From NCBI GenBank assembly GCA_019242435.1, contig JAFAVN010000187.1, positions 1 to 34,555 on the forward strand: 34,555 bases of DNA, read 5' to 3'. This document shows, one piece after another, positions 1 to 9,777 of the stretch. Positions within the stretch are counted from its first letter, which is position 1. Each line of letters opens with the position of its first letter. The position numbers were made by a program, and so were the translations under genes. The stretch is from Verrucomicrobiota bacterium (GTDB taxonomy: Bacteria > Verrucomicrobiota > Verrucomicrobiia > Chthoniobacterales > JAFAMB01). Below the pieces are notes generated by a model, which did no database searches, had not been told where the DNA came from, and was given only the letters and a program-made list of their open reading frames with translations.

Positions 1-249
1 CCAGCATGGCCCGCGTGATTCGCAGCCGAATAAAATCGCGGTAGTTCCGCATCCTTTCCGTCTGCTCGCCCTATCTCTAAAATCATTTCCGGACGCTAAC
101 CTCGGTCACTGTATCGATAGTTTTTTCCGATCATTGCAATCAAATCATACGATTTCTCTTATTTATCTTTATCGACTACATCTACGACTAAATAGTAGGG
201 CTTAATTCTGCTTGAAACTCGTCAACCACCCAAAGACTCACCAAAAAAT

Positions 250-1683
250 ATGACAACCAGGTCACGAGAACAGTTAGCAAAAGAACCGGAGGTTGAAGAA
301 TACGACGTAGTTATTCTTGGGAGCGGAGCTGGGGGAAAACTGGCGGCTTGGAATTTTGGGAAGCAAGGACGCCGGGTCGCGGTAATTGAGCGCAAATACA
401 TCGGCGGAGCGTGCCCGAACATCGCCTGTTTGCCCAGCAAGAATATCATTCACAGCGCCAAGGTTGCCTCCTACTTCGGCAAGGGGAAGGAATTCGGGAT
501 GGTTTCCAAGGGGTTTGCGGTCGACATGTCTGGCGTTCGTGACCGCAAACGGAGAATGGTGTCTGACCTGGTTAACGTCCATCTCGAGCATTACAAAGCG
601 AGTGGGGCAGAAATCGTGCTCGGCTCTGGCCGATTTATCGGTCCGAAAACCTTGGAGGCCACAATACCGAACGGCACTATCCGTCGACTTCGCGGGACCA
701 ATGTAGTCATCGATACCGGTACCCGAGCCGCATTAGAACCGATTGCCGGCTTGGCAGAGGCTCAGCCACTCACTCATGTGGAAGCTCTTGAACTCGACGT
801 CATTCCGGAACATCTCCTGGTGGTCGGCGGCGGCTACGTTGGTCTGGAGCTGGCTCAGGCGATGCGACGATTCGGCAGCAAGGTGTCGGTCATCGAACGC
901 AATGAACGCCTGGTGCACCATGAAGACGAAGATGTCACTGACGCTCTGCGGCTCCTTTTCGAGGACGAGGGCATCGATCTTGTGCTGAAAACCCGAGTCA
1001 AAAGGGTCTCCGGAAAATCGGGCCAGTCAGTCAGCATCGTTGTGGAGCAAAACGGACAGGAACGAACGCTGACTGGCAGTCACTTATTGGTTGCAGCCGG
1101 CCGTATTCCTAATACCGAGGATATCGGACTGGATTTAGCCGGTGTTGAACTGACAGACCGCGGCTACGTGAAAGTGAATGAGCGGCTGGAGACCACGGCC
1201 CCGGGCGTATGGGCAGTCGGCGATGTAGCCGGTAGCCCGCATTTTACCCACATCAGCGTTGATGATTTTCGTGTCGTCCTTGCCAATCTCACTGGCGGCA
1301 AACGCACCACCACCGGCAGGCAAGTACCGTTTTGTCTGTTCACCGACCCGGAACTGGCGCGTGTGGGCTTAAGCGAGAAAGAGGCGAAGGCGCAGGGCAT
1401 CCCGTACCGTTTGTTCAAGATTCCTATGGCAGACGCCGCCCTGCGCGTCCACACCCTTTCCGAGCCTCGGGGATTCTTGAAAGCTCTCGTCGAAACTGAT
1501 GGCGACCGCATCCTCGGCTTCACCGCCTTCGGTGCGGGAGCTGGAGAAATTATGTCTTCAGCCCAGATTGCTATGCTCGCGGAGCTTCCCTACTCGATGC
1601 TCGGTGAGGCCGTCCTCGCCCATCCCACCCTCACGGAAGGGCTTGGCCCGTTATTCGAGTCCGCCCCTTCGTTGTCGAAATGA
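250..1683 (+). CDS. Class I FAD/NAD(P)H pyridine nucleotide-disulfide oxidoreductase (Lpd/MerA-like core)
   Basis: 477-aa ORF with ATG start. It has the dinucleotide fold VVILGSGAGG, the redox-active disulfide GGACPNIACLPSK, a second Rossmann motif VVGGGYVGLE, and the C-terminal His-Glu dyad HPTLTEG. There is no NmerA domain and no C-terminal Cys pair. Confidence 0.9.
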   Translation: MTTRSREQLAKEPEVEEYDVVILGSGAGGKLAAWNFGKQGRRVAVIERKYIGGACPNIACLPSKNIIHSAKVASYFGKGKEFGMVSKGFAVDMSGVRDRKRRMVSDLVNVHLEHYKASGAEIVLGSGRFIGPKTLEATIPNGTIRRLRGTNVVIDTGTRAALEPIAGLAEAQPLTHVEALELDVIPEHLLVVGGGYVGLELAQAMRRFGSKVSVIERNERLVHHEDEDVTDALRLLFEDEGIDLVLKTRVKRVSGKSGQSVSIVVEQNGQERTLTGSHLLVAAGRIPNTEDIGLDLAGVELTDRGYVKVNERLETTAPGVWAVGDVAGSPHFTHISVDDFRVVLANLTGGKRTTTGRQVPFCLFTDPELARVGLSEKEAKAQGIPYRLFKIPMADAALRVHTLSEPRGFLKALVETDGDRILGFTAFGAGAGEIMSSAQIAMLAELPYSMLGEAVLAHPTLTEGLGPLFESAPSLSK

Positions 1684-1768
1684 GTGGGCCGTATCAGTTT
1701 TCGGCCGGTCGTTCATACCGTACCCTACGGCACGGACTCATGGCTTCGCTTTTCCAGGCTGGCGCAGC

Positions 1769-4027
1769 TTATAGATGATCACGGAAGAATTTCGCTGTGC
1801 GGATCTCGATCTGCCGGCGCAAAGCCGGATCTAGGACCATATGGGTCGACCCGCTGAGAGGTACAAACTCAAAACTGCGCCCGGCCCGCTCGAGTTGGTT
1901 AATGAGTTTCAGACTGTGACGAAAGTAAACGTTGTCATCCGCAGTGCCGTGAATCAGGAGCAACGGCCGCTGAAGACCAGGCGCATCTTCCAGCAACGAA
2001 TTTGCCGCATAGAGTTTCTCACCAGGAATTCCTAGGAATCGTTCCGTATAGCTGGTGTCATAATCCAACCAGTCAGTGACCGGCGCGCCCGCGACCGCAG
2101 CCTTGAAGATTTCAGGCCTGCGTAGCACGGCAAGGACAGACATATATCCACCAAAAGACCAGCCAGTAATTCCGATCCGGTCCAAATCCAGTTCGGGGTA
2201 TCTTAGCCCGAGCGCCTGTAAGCCGGCAACTTGATCGGCCAGAGGAATTTCGGCAAACCTCTGATAAATCGCCCGCTCCCAATCCCGCCCCCGGCCCGGC
2301 GTTCCTCGCCCATCGATCATCACGACCACAAAGCCCTGATCGGCTAACCATTGGTCCATCAGATAGCTCTCTGCTGCCTGAACCACCCGGTTGTAGCCGG
2401 GACCTCCGTAGACGTCCACGATCACTGGATATTTTTTGTTCGGCAGGAAGTCGCGTGGCCGTACCATGGCGACGTGAAAACCGGGATTGTCACCGGCCGA
2501 CGTAAATTCGAGACGTGGATAAAAAGGAGGCTCCGCTGCTATGCTCGGCAACTCGCCGATAGTAGTACCATCGCGCCGCCGAACGAACGATCTGGCTAAC
2601 GATGTCGGTGTCTTTACCACGTCAACGTAAATGGCATCTTGGTCTTCTCCAAAATTCACCGTGTGCACGCCATCCGCGACCAGTCTGAGTGCCGTTCCCT
2701 GCAGGTCGGTACGCCAAAGTTGGCGATTGGTCGGGTCTTCGGCAGCCAGGAAAAAGATCTCGTTTCCTATAACTCCGCCCAGGCGCTGGTAATGGGTGGC
2801 AGGGGGTAGCAGCACCTTTTCCCGGCCTCCGTCGGCCTGATGTAGTTCCAGTTGCCAAGCGCCCTCCCGTTCTGAGGTCCACAGAAATTCTCCTCCGGGC
2901 AACCAGTGCGGCATTTGCTGATCGATATTGACCCAAGTCGGGTCATGCTCTTGCACCAATGTCTGGGCCCGGCCCGTAACCTGGTCGATTGCCATGAGCG
3001 CCAGATCGTTTTGGTCCCGCGTCTCAACCGTGATGGTGAGAGGGCCGTTTTCCGCAGGCGTGACGCTGACCAGATACGGATATTTGTCATGATCCCATTC
3101 GATCGGGCGAATAGTTTCTGGGTGATCAATTGCAGACATCGCCAGACGCACTAGAACATTTGCTTTGCCGGGCCGGGGATACCGAACGGCGAGAGGCGGA
3201 TTCTCGGGAAACGCCGGATCGCCCACGTTCCAAACCTCTACCGGTGAATTGTCATTGACCTGGAAGACGATAGACCGGCTGTCGGGCATCCACCAATAGC
3301 CACTTTTTCGATCCATTTCCTCTTGCGCGACAAACTCGGCTGTACCGTATGACTTGAGTTCCGTGCCGTCCGTCGTAACCGCCTGCGCTTTCCGGGCAAG
3401 GATATCATACACAAAAAGATTGTTATTACTTACATACGCAACGTATCGCCCGTCAGGCGACGGTGTCGGATCGATCGAGACGCCTTCGGTTTCCAGTTGC
3501 GTTGCTCTTCCCTCTCCCGGCCTCAATAGAAAAATCTTCCCGCTTAGACTAAAGACCACCTGGGACCCGCTGCGGGACAGTTTAAACGAGGTGATTCCAG
3601 TTGTAGTAGTGCGCGATCGCTCACGTCGGGCCTTTTCCTCGCCGGACAAATGCTCGGTTGCTCCGCGCAGTAAATCATCCGGTGCAGCCAGAAGGGTCGT
3701 CTTCTGCGTTTCGATATCAAATTCATAAAGGGCGCCCCTCCGATCCCGCGGGGAAAGCGCTCTTATGAAAATTACCGATTTCCCATCCGCCGTCGGCTCC
3801 GCCTGCTCCGGCCTTCCCAGCGAGAAGCCCTGGGTTGCAATTAATCGTTGCAGATATTCGTCGGATTCTACCGCTTGTGCCGGCCAGCCCGGACCGGCCG
3901 CCAATAAGCCGGAAAACAATAGCATTAAACGGAATACCGTAAGACCAAGGGAGATTGCCTGTGGAGGAGGTACGGATCTGATAGATAGCGCCACCTTAGT
4001 ATCCGACAATACATTAACTGCGGCCAT
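1769..4027 (-). CDS. Dipeptidyl-peptidase IV / prolyl oligopeptidase family S9 serine peptidase, secreted
   Basis: 752-aa ORF with a long N-terminal beta-propeller-like region followed by an alpha/beta hydrolase domain carrying the nucleophile motif GWSFGGYMS and GTADDNV. A hydrophobic signal-like segment LLFSGLLAAGPGWPAQA is present. The start is uncertain (ATG at 4027 or ATG at 3925). Confidence 0.9.
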   Translation of the reverse strand: MAAVNVLSDTKVALSIRSVPPPQAISLGLTVFRLMLLFSGLLAAGPGWPAQAVESDEYLQRLIATQGFSLGRPEQAEPTADGKSVIFIRALSPRDRRGALYEFDIETQKTTLLAAPDDLLRGATEHLSGEEKARRERSRTTTTGITSFKLSRSGSQVVFSLSGKIFLLRPGEGRATQLETEGVSIDPTPSPDGRYVAYVSNNNLFVYDILARKAQAVTTDGTELKSYGTAEFVAQEEMDRKSGYWWMPDSRSIVFQVNDNSPVEVWNVGDPAFPENPPLAVRYPRPGKANVLVRLAMSAIDHPETIRPIEWDHDKYPYLVSVTPAENGPLTITVETRDQNDLALMAIDQVTGRAQTLVQEHDPTWVNIDQQMPHWLPGGEFLWTSEREGAWQLELHQADGGREKVLLPPATHYQRLGGVIGNEIFFLAAEDPTNRQLWRTDLQGTALRLVADGVHTVNFGEDQDAIYVDVVKTPTSLARSFVRRRDGTTIGELPSIAAEPPFYPRLEFTSAGDNPGFHVAMVRPRDFLPNKKYPVIVDVYGGPGYNRVVQAAESYLMDQWLADQGFVVVMIDGRGTPGRGRDWERAIYQRFAEIPLADQVAGLQALGLRYPELDLDRIGITGWSFGGYMSVLAVLRRPEIFKAAVAGAPVTDWLDYDTSYTERFLGIPGEKLYAANSLLEDAPGLQRPLLLIHGTADDNVYFRHSLKLINQLERAGRSFEFVPLSGSTHMVLDPALRRQIEIRTAKFFRDHL

Positions 4028-4273
4028 CGCACATATTGAATGGGCCTGACCGGCTCGCGGTCTCGACCAATGCGGCGGTCAGCCAATTTTCAAAGTTAGA
4101 ATCGTCCAGTCCAGTCGATAATCTCAAATGATTTCCGGAAACCACGAAAAACCCGATCACCGGCCACTTTTCCTGAGTCCGGCAGATCAAGCAGAAAGAC
4201 TGCCCGGGATTCATGAGGGATGCATTTATGAGAGGCCGCCGGGAATTGCACTATGCTTGGGTCCTTCGACCCC

Positions 4274-5182
4274 TCAACCGTTCTGCACGGCGGTAGCGGT
4301 CTTCCGCCCACCTGCTTTCGCCGTTGTGCCAGTAGTCCAATCCACCGCCCGCAATTGCCAACTGTACCAAGCCGTCAGTAGGAAGGCTGTAGCGATAACC
4401 AAGTTCATAGATGCGAAGAAAGGAAGAATCACGTGCAAATGCCCGGGGCCAACGGTAGAGGCTGCCAGCCACGATCCAGCGACCACCAGAATCCCAAACC
4501 CGATGCTGCCAAAGACGGCGTGCTCAGCGTTTGCGATTGGTATGCTTGAATGTCCTCGCAGGCGGATGGCAATAAGAGCTGCCAGGTTCATACAGCAACC
4601 CGACCAAGCCAGTGCGCCAATTGCGTCCGATGGCCGATGCCAGCCGGCAAACAAAACACCGGCGGAAAACAACGAGCTCAGACCTCCGGCGGCAATGCCT
4701 AACCAAAGACGCCATCGGGCCGAAGACACTAAAAGCAGACCTAAGGCGAACGCAGTCCCGATGGTCGCATGCCCGCTTGGATAGCTCGCTACTCGAAGTG
4801 TGACTTCCAGAAATCGATCTTCTCGAATCAGGGTTCGCCAAGGAAGTGTCTCTTTAAAAATCTCAGCTCCTACCACAGCGCTTCCAAAACCTGTCACTGC
4901 GATCACGCCGATCAGAGTACATCGGCGGGCGATAGCAATCAGCAAAAGGATTCCTGCCGCCGCCAGTACCGCGCCTCCCGTAACCAGATCGAGAACGCGA
5001 GCATTCAAAGTGACGATCTTTGGGTTCAACATCTTGCGACCCAAAGACGCGCCATCGTCCAGGGCATGTCCCCAGGGTGTATTCACCACCGCGAAATAGC
5101 AGAGAATGAACACGACCGCGCAAACCGCCAATCCCAATACAATGCCTCGCTGACTAATTCGGCCGGACTTATCTGAAGCCAT
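4274..5182 (-). CDS. PAP2-superfamily membrane phosphatase
   Basis: 302-aa polytopic membrane ORF with ATG start. It carries the acid-phosphatase motifs PSGHAT and WHRPSDAIG. Confidence 0.8.
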   Translation of the reverse strand: MASDKSGRISQRGIVLGLAVCAVVFILCYFAVVNTPWGHALDDGASLGRKMLNPKIVTLNARVLDLVTGGAVLAAAGILLLIAIARRCTLIGVIAVTGFGSAVVGAEIFKETLPWRTLIREDRFLEVTLRVASYPSGHATIGTAFALGLLLVSSARWRLWLGIAAGGLSSLFSAGVLFAGWHRPSDAIGALAWSGCCMNLAALIAIRLRGHSSIPIANAEHAVFGSIGFGILVVAGSWLAASTVGPGHLHVILPFFASMNLVIATAFLLTAWYSWQLRAVDWTTGTTAKAGGRKTATAVQNG

Positions 5183-5670
5183 TATGCGTTTCCGGGAATT
5201 AACTTAGTCGCTTCTCGGTAATGATAAACGATGAAAGCACAATTTATGTGGTTAGCATTACTCACTCTTGCCAGTTACCATAGTAACGTGATGCCGGCCG
5301 GTTTACCTTTTCTCTGCGGATCGGTAGGCGCAGAGAAGCCAGTACACTCGCAAAAGGCAAAGCTTAGTCAAACCATAAATCAAAACTGGGAACCCGAGTA
5401 TGAATGGTTTTACTGACCAGAACAAGAAAGCTTCTTCTGGATTTACTGAGTGATAGATTCCTTGATGGGAGCATTGTTTACAATGCCCTAGAGAAATGTT
5501 TCCTGTCCCGGACGGACTACCTGATCGCAGGCCGACACACGGCGACACAAAACCGCGACTTCGTAGTACCCTTGTCGCGCCCGATCCCGGAGTATCATGA
5601 CAAAGCGTCAAGCTTCACCAAAGCGTAGCAGCGGCCGGTCTCGGCGCGGCGCCCCCTGGCCTTGTCCCAT

Positions 5671-6129
5671 CTATATCTCTCCGTTATCTGAATCCGCCGA
5701 ACCGGGGCCCGGAGTGGGCTCAGGCAGAGGGGCTCCGTTCAGTTCTCGACCTTTCTTGATCGCCTCCGCTGCATCCTCGGGCGTCATGATTACGGCATTA
5801 TATTTTGCCGGATCGTAAACAAAAACGGTCACTGCAATCCCGGTAAGCCTCTCATTGACTACGGGCGAGTAGGTGTCGAAATGAAAAGAAATCACCTGCC
5901 ACCATCGGGTAGACTGTTTCTCGAAGTAGTCTATGTGCCAGTCTGAACGGGTCTCGACCTGAATCCTGGCCTTTGGCGACTCCATCGCAGTGCGGATTAA
6001 GTGCACAATCGACGAATCAAACGTCTTATTGGCCAGAGCCTCAGTATCCAACCGGTCGTCAACAGGTTTTGCCTGTGTGGTCAGGCAAAAGAACGATAAC
6101 ATGCTCAGACCGATCAGCATCCTGGTCAT
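5671..6129 (-). CDS. Secreted hypothetical protein
   Basis: 152-aa ORF with ATG start and a signal peptide (MTRMLIGLSMLSFFCLTTQAKP). It has protein-like composition and a Pro/Gly-rich C-terminal tail. I recognise no family. Confidence 0.6.
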   Translation of the reverse strand: MTRMLIGLSMLSFFCLTTQAKPVDDRLDTEALANKTFDSSIVHLIRTAMESPKARIQVETRSDWHIDYFEKQSTRWWQVISFHFDTYSPVVNERLTGIAVTVFVYDPAKYNAVIMTPEDAAEAIKKGRELNGAPLPEPTPGPGSADSDNGEI

Positions 6130-6196
6130 AATCTAGCCCGTTTACAACCAAGATCATTTCGTCTCAGAAACCTGAGATGGATTGCTGATTTTCAGC

Positions 6197-6751
6197 CTAT
6201 TCGTGTAAACCCTGATCGATCGGCGGGCCGATCTGAAAATCATGAAATTCTACTTCAAAACCCTCGCGTTCCGGTGAACAACACATCAAACCGACTTGGG
6301 CCTTCCGGGCATCGGGAAAATAGGCGAGACGCAGCAACCGGAAAGAGAGTCCATCGCTGGAATATTGAATTTTCACTGCGCTCTGCAGTTTCGTTAATCT
6401 CAACCAGACCGGGCCTGTCGAATGCGCCGGCACAACAGACCAATCCGAAAACTCACGAGTCACGACAGCCGAGAAATAAGTTTGCCCATCGGTGTATTCG
6501 ATCCCCGCTTTGATCCAGTTAGCGGTGTCGAGGCGGATCATTACTCCTGCCTGGTCGTACAACGATTCGTACTTGGCCTCGAACTTAACCTGCGCCGTAA
6601 AATTCCCCGTTTGTTCCTGATAATAGAAATGCCCATTGTCTCGAACAAATCCATAGTGGGTAACCCGCCAGAAATCCGTTCTCAGACCGGTAACCACACG
6701 CAATCGTCCATCGCCGGCCTGCCACACAGGAGGTTCATTCAGCCACTGCAT
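6197..6751 (-). CDS. DUF1349 family protein (concanavalin-like fold)
   Basis: 184-aa ORF whose N-terminus WLNEPPVW...TDFWRVTHYGF...GNFTA is typical of DUF1349 proteins, recalled from memory. Confidence 0.75.
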   Translation of the reverse strand: MQWLNEPPVWQAGDGRLRVVTGLRTDFWRVTHYGFVRDNGHFYYQEQTGNFTAQVKFEAKYESLYDQAGVMIRLDTANWIKAGIEYTDGQTYFSAVVTREFSDWSVVPAHSTGPVWLRLTKLQSAVKIQYSSDGLSFRLLRLAYFPDARKAQVGLMCCSPEREGFEVEFHDFQIGPPIDQGLHE

Positions 6752-6774
6752 TTAGCACTTGGGAAAGCTGCCAT

Positions 6775-6807
6775 CCTCCTGAACTCCTGCAACTCCTGAA
6801 CTCCTTA
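6775..6807. repeat. Tandem 8-9-mer array TCCTG(C)AAC (GGAG-cored on the minus strand)
   Basis: The array reads TCCTGAAC TCCTGCAAC TCCTGAAC TCCTTA and fills most of the 59-nt spacer between two minus-strand genes. Confidence 0.8.
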
Positions 6808-6810
6808 CGG

Positions 6811-7956
6811 CTACTGATCGTTCCCTTGGGTCAAGTCTGCCGCAATAGGAGTCAGAGTTCCAAACAGACCATGAAACACGCCATTTTGTCCCAAAGGACC
6901 AGCGGTAAAAAAGAGCGCATTGTCAGGCTTATTCGCGGGATCTGAGCTTGGCACGCCCGATCCAAAAGCCAGCGACCAGAGCGCCCCCGGACCGCCAATG
7001 CTGATGACCGTGTTGTTCTGGTCCCTGAATTCTCCGGCAAACTTACCTGTGAGCGGATCAAACGCGAGGATCTCTCCGCTTCCGAACTGCCCTACGAGAA
7101 GCTTATGGCTGAACGCCCCGAAATCACCAGGCGCAAGCGTTAGCCCCCAAGGAGCGTTGAACCAGTCGCCCGGTTCCAGACGCATCAGAAACCGGCCGTC
7201 GGGAGAAAAAACGGATACAAAACCAAGACCCGCACCAAAGTTAACGAACGACTTCGTCTTATTTTGTTGGGCGTAAGCGACATAAAGATGGTTGCCGATA
7301 TTCTGCACATTGAAAGGAGCGAATCCCGACGGAACGTGATCGTCTTTAAATGCGCCTTTACCGACGGTCGCCACCTTGAAATTAGTATCGTAAACCGTGA
7401 TTTTGCCGGCCTCGAGGTCGGCGACGTAAAGAAATCGAGTTCCGTTTACGTCGGCGATGGTGGCTCCCGTCAGGATCGATTTGGCCGATCCAGGGACCTT
7501 CTCGACGGCATTATTGAGGTTTACCCCCGGATTCCAAGCCGAGATCGTGCCATCAAATGACGCAAAAATGAAGAGGCCCGGCAGATTGGGGGCCACGGCA
7601 AAATCATTGCTCCCGTTGAAAACAATGCCGGTGGGACTTCCTACCGCCGTCTGCGGTGTATGAGGGATCGCAACGATTAAGCCCTGCTTTACTCCGGCGC
7701 CATTATAGAGGGTAGAGAGGCCCGTAGCATTATCGGAAACCCACCAGGGGCTCCCGGTGCCCCTGGCGATTCCCCAGGGATTTTTCAGGCTGGCATCGGC
7801 CGGGTTACTCCCTTCCGTTTGAGTATCCGAAACCAAAATGGTCTGCTGATATTGCTGAGCGATTGACGCAGCCGGCAAGCAAAACACCAACGCCGAGGTG
7901 ATGGTCATCGCTCGGCGCCACGAAGAACGAGAGGTAAGGCAATTTAGATTTTTCAT
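6811..7956 (-). CDS. Secreted TIGR03118-like repeat (propeller-type) protein
   Basis: The ORF is open to a TTG at 7971, and the first ATG is at 7956. It has a signal peptide ending ASIAQQ, followed by LVSD...LKNPWGIA...SPWWVSDNATGLSTLYNG, which resembles the TIGR03118 family. Confidence 0.7.
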   Translation of the reverse strand: MKNLNCLTSRSSWRRAMTITSALVFCLPAASIAQQYQQTILVSDTQTEGSNPADASLKNPWGIARGTGSPWWVSDNATGLSTLYNGAGVKQGLIVAIPHTPQTAVGSPTGIVFNGSNDFAVAPNLPGLFIFASFDGTISAWNPGVNLNNAVEKVPGSAKSILTGATIADVNGTRFLYVADLEAGKITVYDTNFKVATVGKGAFKDDHVPSGFAPFNVQNIGNHLYVAYAQQNKTKSFVNFGAGLGFVSVFSPDGRFLMRLEPGDWFNAPWGLTLAPGDFGAFSHKLLVGQFGSGEILAFDPLTGKFAGEFRDQNNTVISIGGPGALWSLAFGSGVPSSDPANKPDNALFFTAGPLGQNGVFHGLFGTLTPIAADLTQGNDQ

Positions 7957-8500
7957 GCAGGGCTTCCTCAAGACGAATTTGGGTCTACTCGAAGCGGGTC
8001 GGCGTCTCCCTCCTTACGACCCAGCAGACCGGCCTTTATTCCCAGCGCCAGTATTTTTCAGAAAAACCAGAAAAGCTGCCTGCGTTTGCCAAATCGTGAG
8101 AAATGAAGCCTCGAGTTCTCGTCGCATCCGGGGATAAGTTCTCAAGCAACCAAGTCTGTATGAAGTGTTTATGTGTTTGGGCTTCGAAACGCTTCTGAGT
8201 AAGTTGAATGACCGAGAACGAATGCCTGCCGGGTACGCTTCCAACTTAGCGGATGCGAGCGAAGGAATGTCTGAAAGCATCGCGAATCGGTGGATCGACC
8301 GACAGCGTCCGTTTTGGCGAACTGAATCGAGTAATGAACTGGCGCCACCTCCTCCGGGTACGAGCTTGACCGGTCCAGCGGCCATCATCAGTTTTGGCCC
8401 ACCCAGTCCGCGATTAACCGGTTGTCTGTTGCTCCCGCCGATTTATCGTGGGACTCCTGAAAAGGAGCTCGCCCTCCGGGGCCAACGCTGTTTACACCTG

Positions 8501-9019
8501 ATGTCAAAGGCCCCGCACTTCGAAAAGATTTTTCTGCCTCATCTGGACGCGGCGTACAACCTTGCGCACTGGATCCTGGGCGATGAACGGGAAGCGGAAG
8601 ACGTAGTGCAGGAAGCTTATGCTCGGGCCTGGGAAGATTTTCCTCTTTATCGTGGTGAAAACCCACGAGTCTGGTTACTCACGATGGTTCGAGCTATTGC
8701 GTCGAGTCTGCCTGGAAAACACGTTTCTAAAGACGGGGTGTTGTTAACGGATGAACAAAAGGATTCTACTGAAAAGAGAACCGCCATCCCGCAGCTTGAA
8801 GATTGCAAACAGCGATTCTGGCAGGCGCTGAATTCACTGACCAGCGACTTGCGGGAAGTACTCGTTCTCTCCCACCTCGAAGGGTGGTCTTACCAAGCTA
8901 TCGCCACGGCTCTCGGCGTTTCTTTAGAAACAGTGATGTCTCGTCTCAGTCTCGCCCGTTATCTTTTGATAAACAAGCTCATGCCAGGCACAGATCGGGA
9001 TATCGAAGATGAATTGTAA
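8501..9019 (+). CDS. ECF-type RNA polymerase sigma-70 family factor
   Basis: Region 2 reads HLDAAYNLAHWILGDEREAEDVVQEAYARAW and region 4 reads LREVLVLSHLEGWSYQAIATALGVSLETVMSRL. The ATG at 8501 gives the usual 172-aa size, whereas the ORF-track start at 8165 adds 112 non-sigma-like residues. Confidence 0.85.
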   Translation: MSKAPHFEKIFLPHLDAAYNLAHWILGDEREAEDVVQEAYARAWEDFPLYRGENPRVWLLTMVRAIASSLPGKHVSKDGVLLTDEQKDSTEKRTAIPQLEDCKQRFWQALNSLTSDLREVLVLSHLEGWSYQAIATALGVSLETVMSRLSLARYLLINKLMPGTDRDIEDEL

Positions 9020-9755
9020 AGTCGGGCGACAGTTTCTAGATGCCTATCTCGACGGCGAGCTTGAGATCGAAAAGCGTCTCGAGCTGGAACAGCACTTAAA
9101 TGAGTGCCCCGACTGCCAGAAACTGTTAGAACAGCAACAGAAATTCCGCGTTTTCTTCAATGCAAATGCGCCCTTTTACACGGCTCCAGATGACCTAAGG
9201 GCGCGAGTCCGGACTACGCTGGAAGCTCAGGTTCAAAAGCGAAAAATAATTCTACTGTTCCGTCAGCCTTGGCTCTATGCAGCGGCGCTATTGGTTATAA
9301 GCCTCTGGCTGGCATGGCCGCTTCTGTTCCCTGGCCGAGATAGATATTTGGTTTACGATGCTGCGCTAGATCATTCTCGAGCCAAGTTGCTGGGTCGCCT
9401 CTATGACGTTAATTCAGCCGATCCAGATGTAGTAAAGGATTGGCTAACGGCTAAGTTAGGTTTTACTCCTCCGGTTGTACGGCCCTCTGACCCGCAGTTT
9501 CAGATGCAAGGCGGCCGCGTCGGTGTCGTCCGGGACCGCAAGGTAGCAGCAGTGGTTTATAAAAAAAACCAGGATTTAATTAGCTTGTTCGTTTGGCCCG
9601 CAGGCAATAAGCCGCTGCCGGAGAAGGATTGGTCAGTCAGTGGATATCAGGCCTGCACCTGGAATGCCGCCAATTCCAATTTCGTGGCCATTTCTACATT
9701 AAGCGATCATGACCTGGACGTGTTTATTGATCAGATTAGAGATCAGCTGAAGTAG
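9009..9755 (+). CDS. Zinc-binding (ZAS, zf-HC2) transmembrane anti-sigma factor
   Basis: It overlaps the sigma gene by 11 nt. It has Cys3 followed 25 residues later by HLNECPDC (the H-x3-C-x2-C motif), a single TM helix WLYAAALLVISLWLAWPLLF, and an extracytoplasmic C-terminal domain. Confidence 0.85.
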   Translation: MNCKVGRQFLDAYLDGELEIEKRLELEQHLNECPDCQKLLEQQQKFRVFFNANAPFYTAPDDLRARVRTTLEAQVQKRKIILLFRQPWLYAAALLVISLWLAWPLLFPGRDRYLVYDAALDHSRAKLLGRLYDVNSADPDVVKDWLTAKLGFTPPVVRPSDPQFQMQGGRVGVVRDRKVAAVVYKKNQDLISLFVWPAGNKPLPEKDWSVSGYQACTWNAANSNFVAISTLSDHDLDVFIDQIRDQLK

Positions 9756-9777
9756 TGCAGGAGCTCAGTAGAAGAAA

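Noticed and set aside
1-52. Possible 5' end of a minus-strand gene (MRNYRDFIRLRITRAML...) running off the left edge
   Set aside because: Only 17 codons are visible, which is too short to support coding status or any family assignment.
250-1683. Calling this gene mercuric reductase (merA)
   Set aside because: It has no N-terminal heavy-metal-associated domain and no C-terminal vicinal Cys pair (the protein ends ...FESAPSLSK). No merR, merT or merP gene is nearby. Only the generic class I disulfide reductase call is supported.
4128-4784. 218-aa ORF on the plus strand
   Set aside because: It is antisense to the PAP2 membrane phosphatase gene. Its composition is Pro/Arg/Ala-rich and it has no recognisable motif, so it is a shadow ORF.
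8165-8500. The upstream 112 codons of the sigma-factor ORF as part of the protein
   Set aside because: Sigma region 2 begins right after the ATG at 8501. The extension is Pro/Gly/Arg-rich and would make the protein about 110 aa longer than typical ECF sigma factors.
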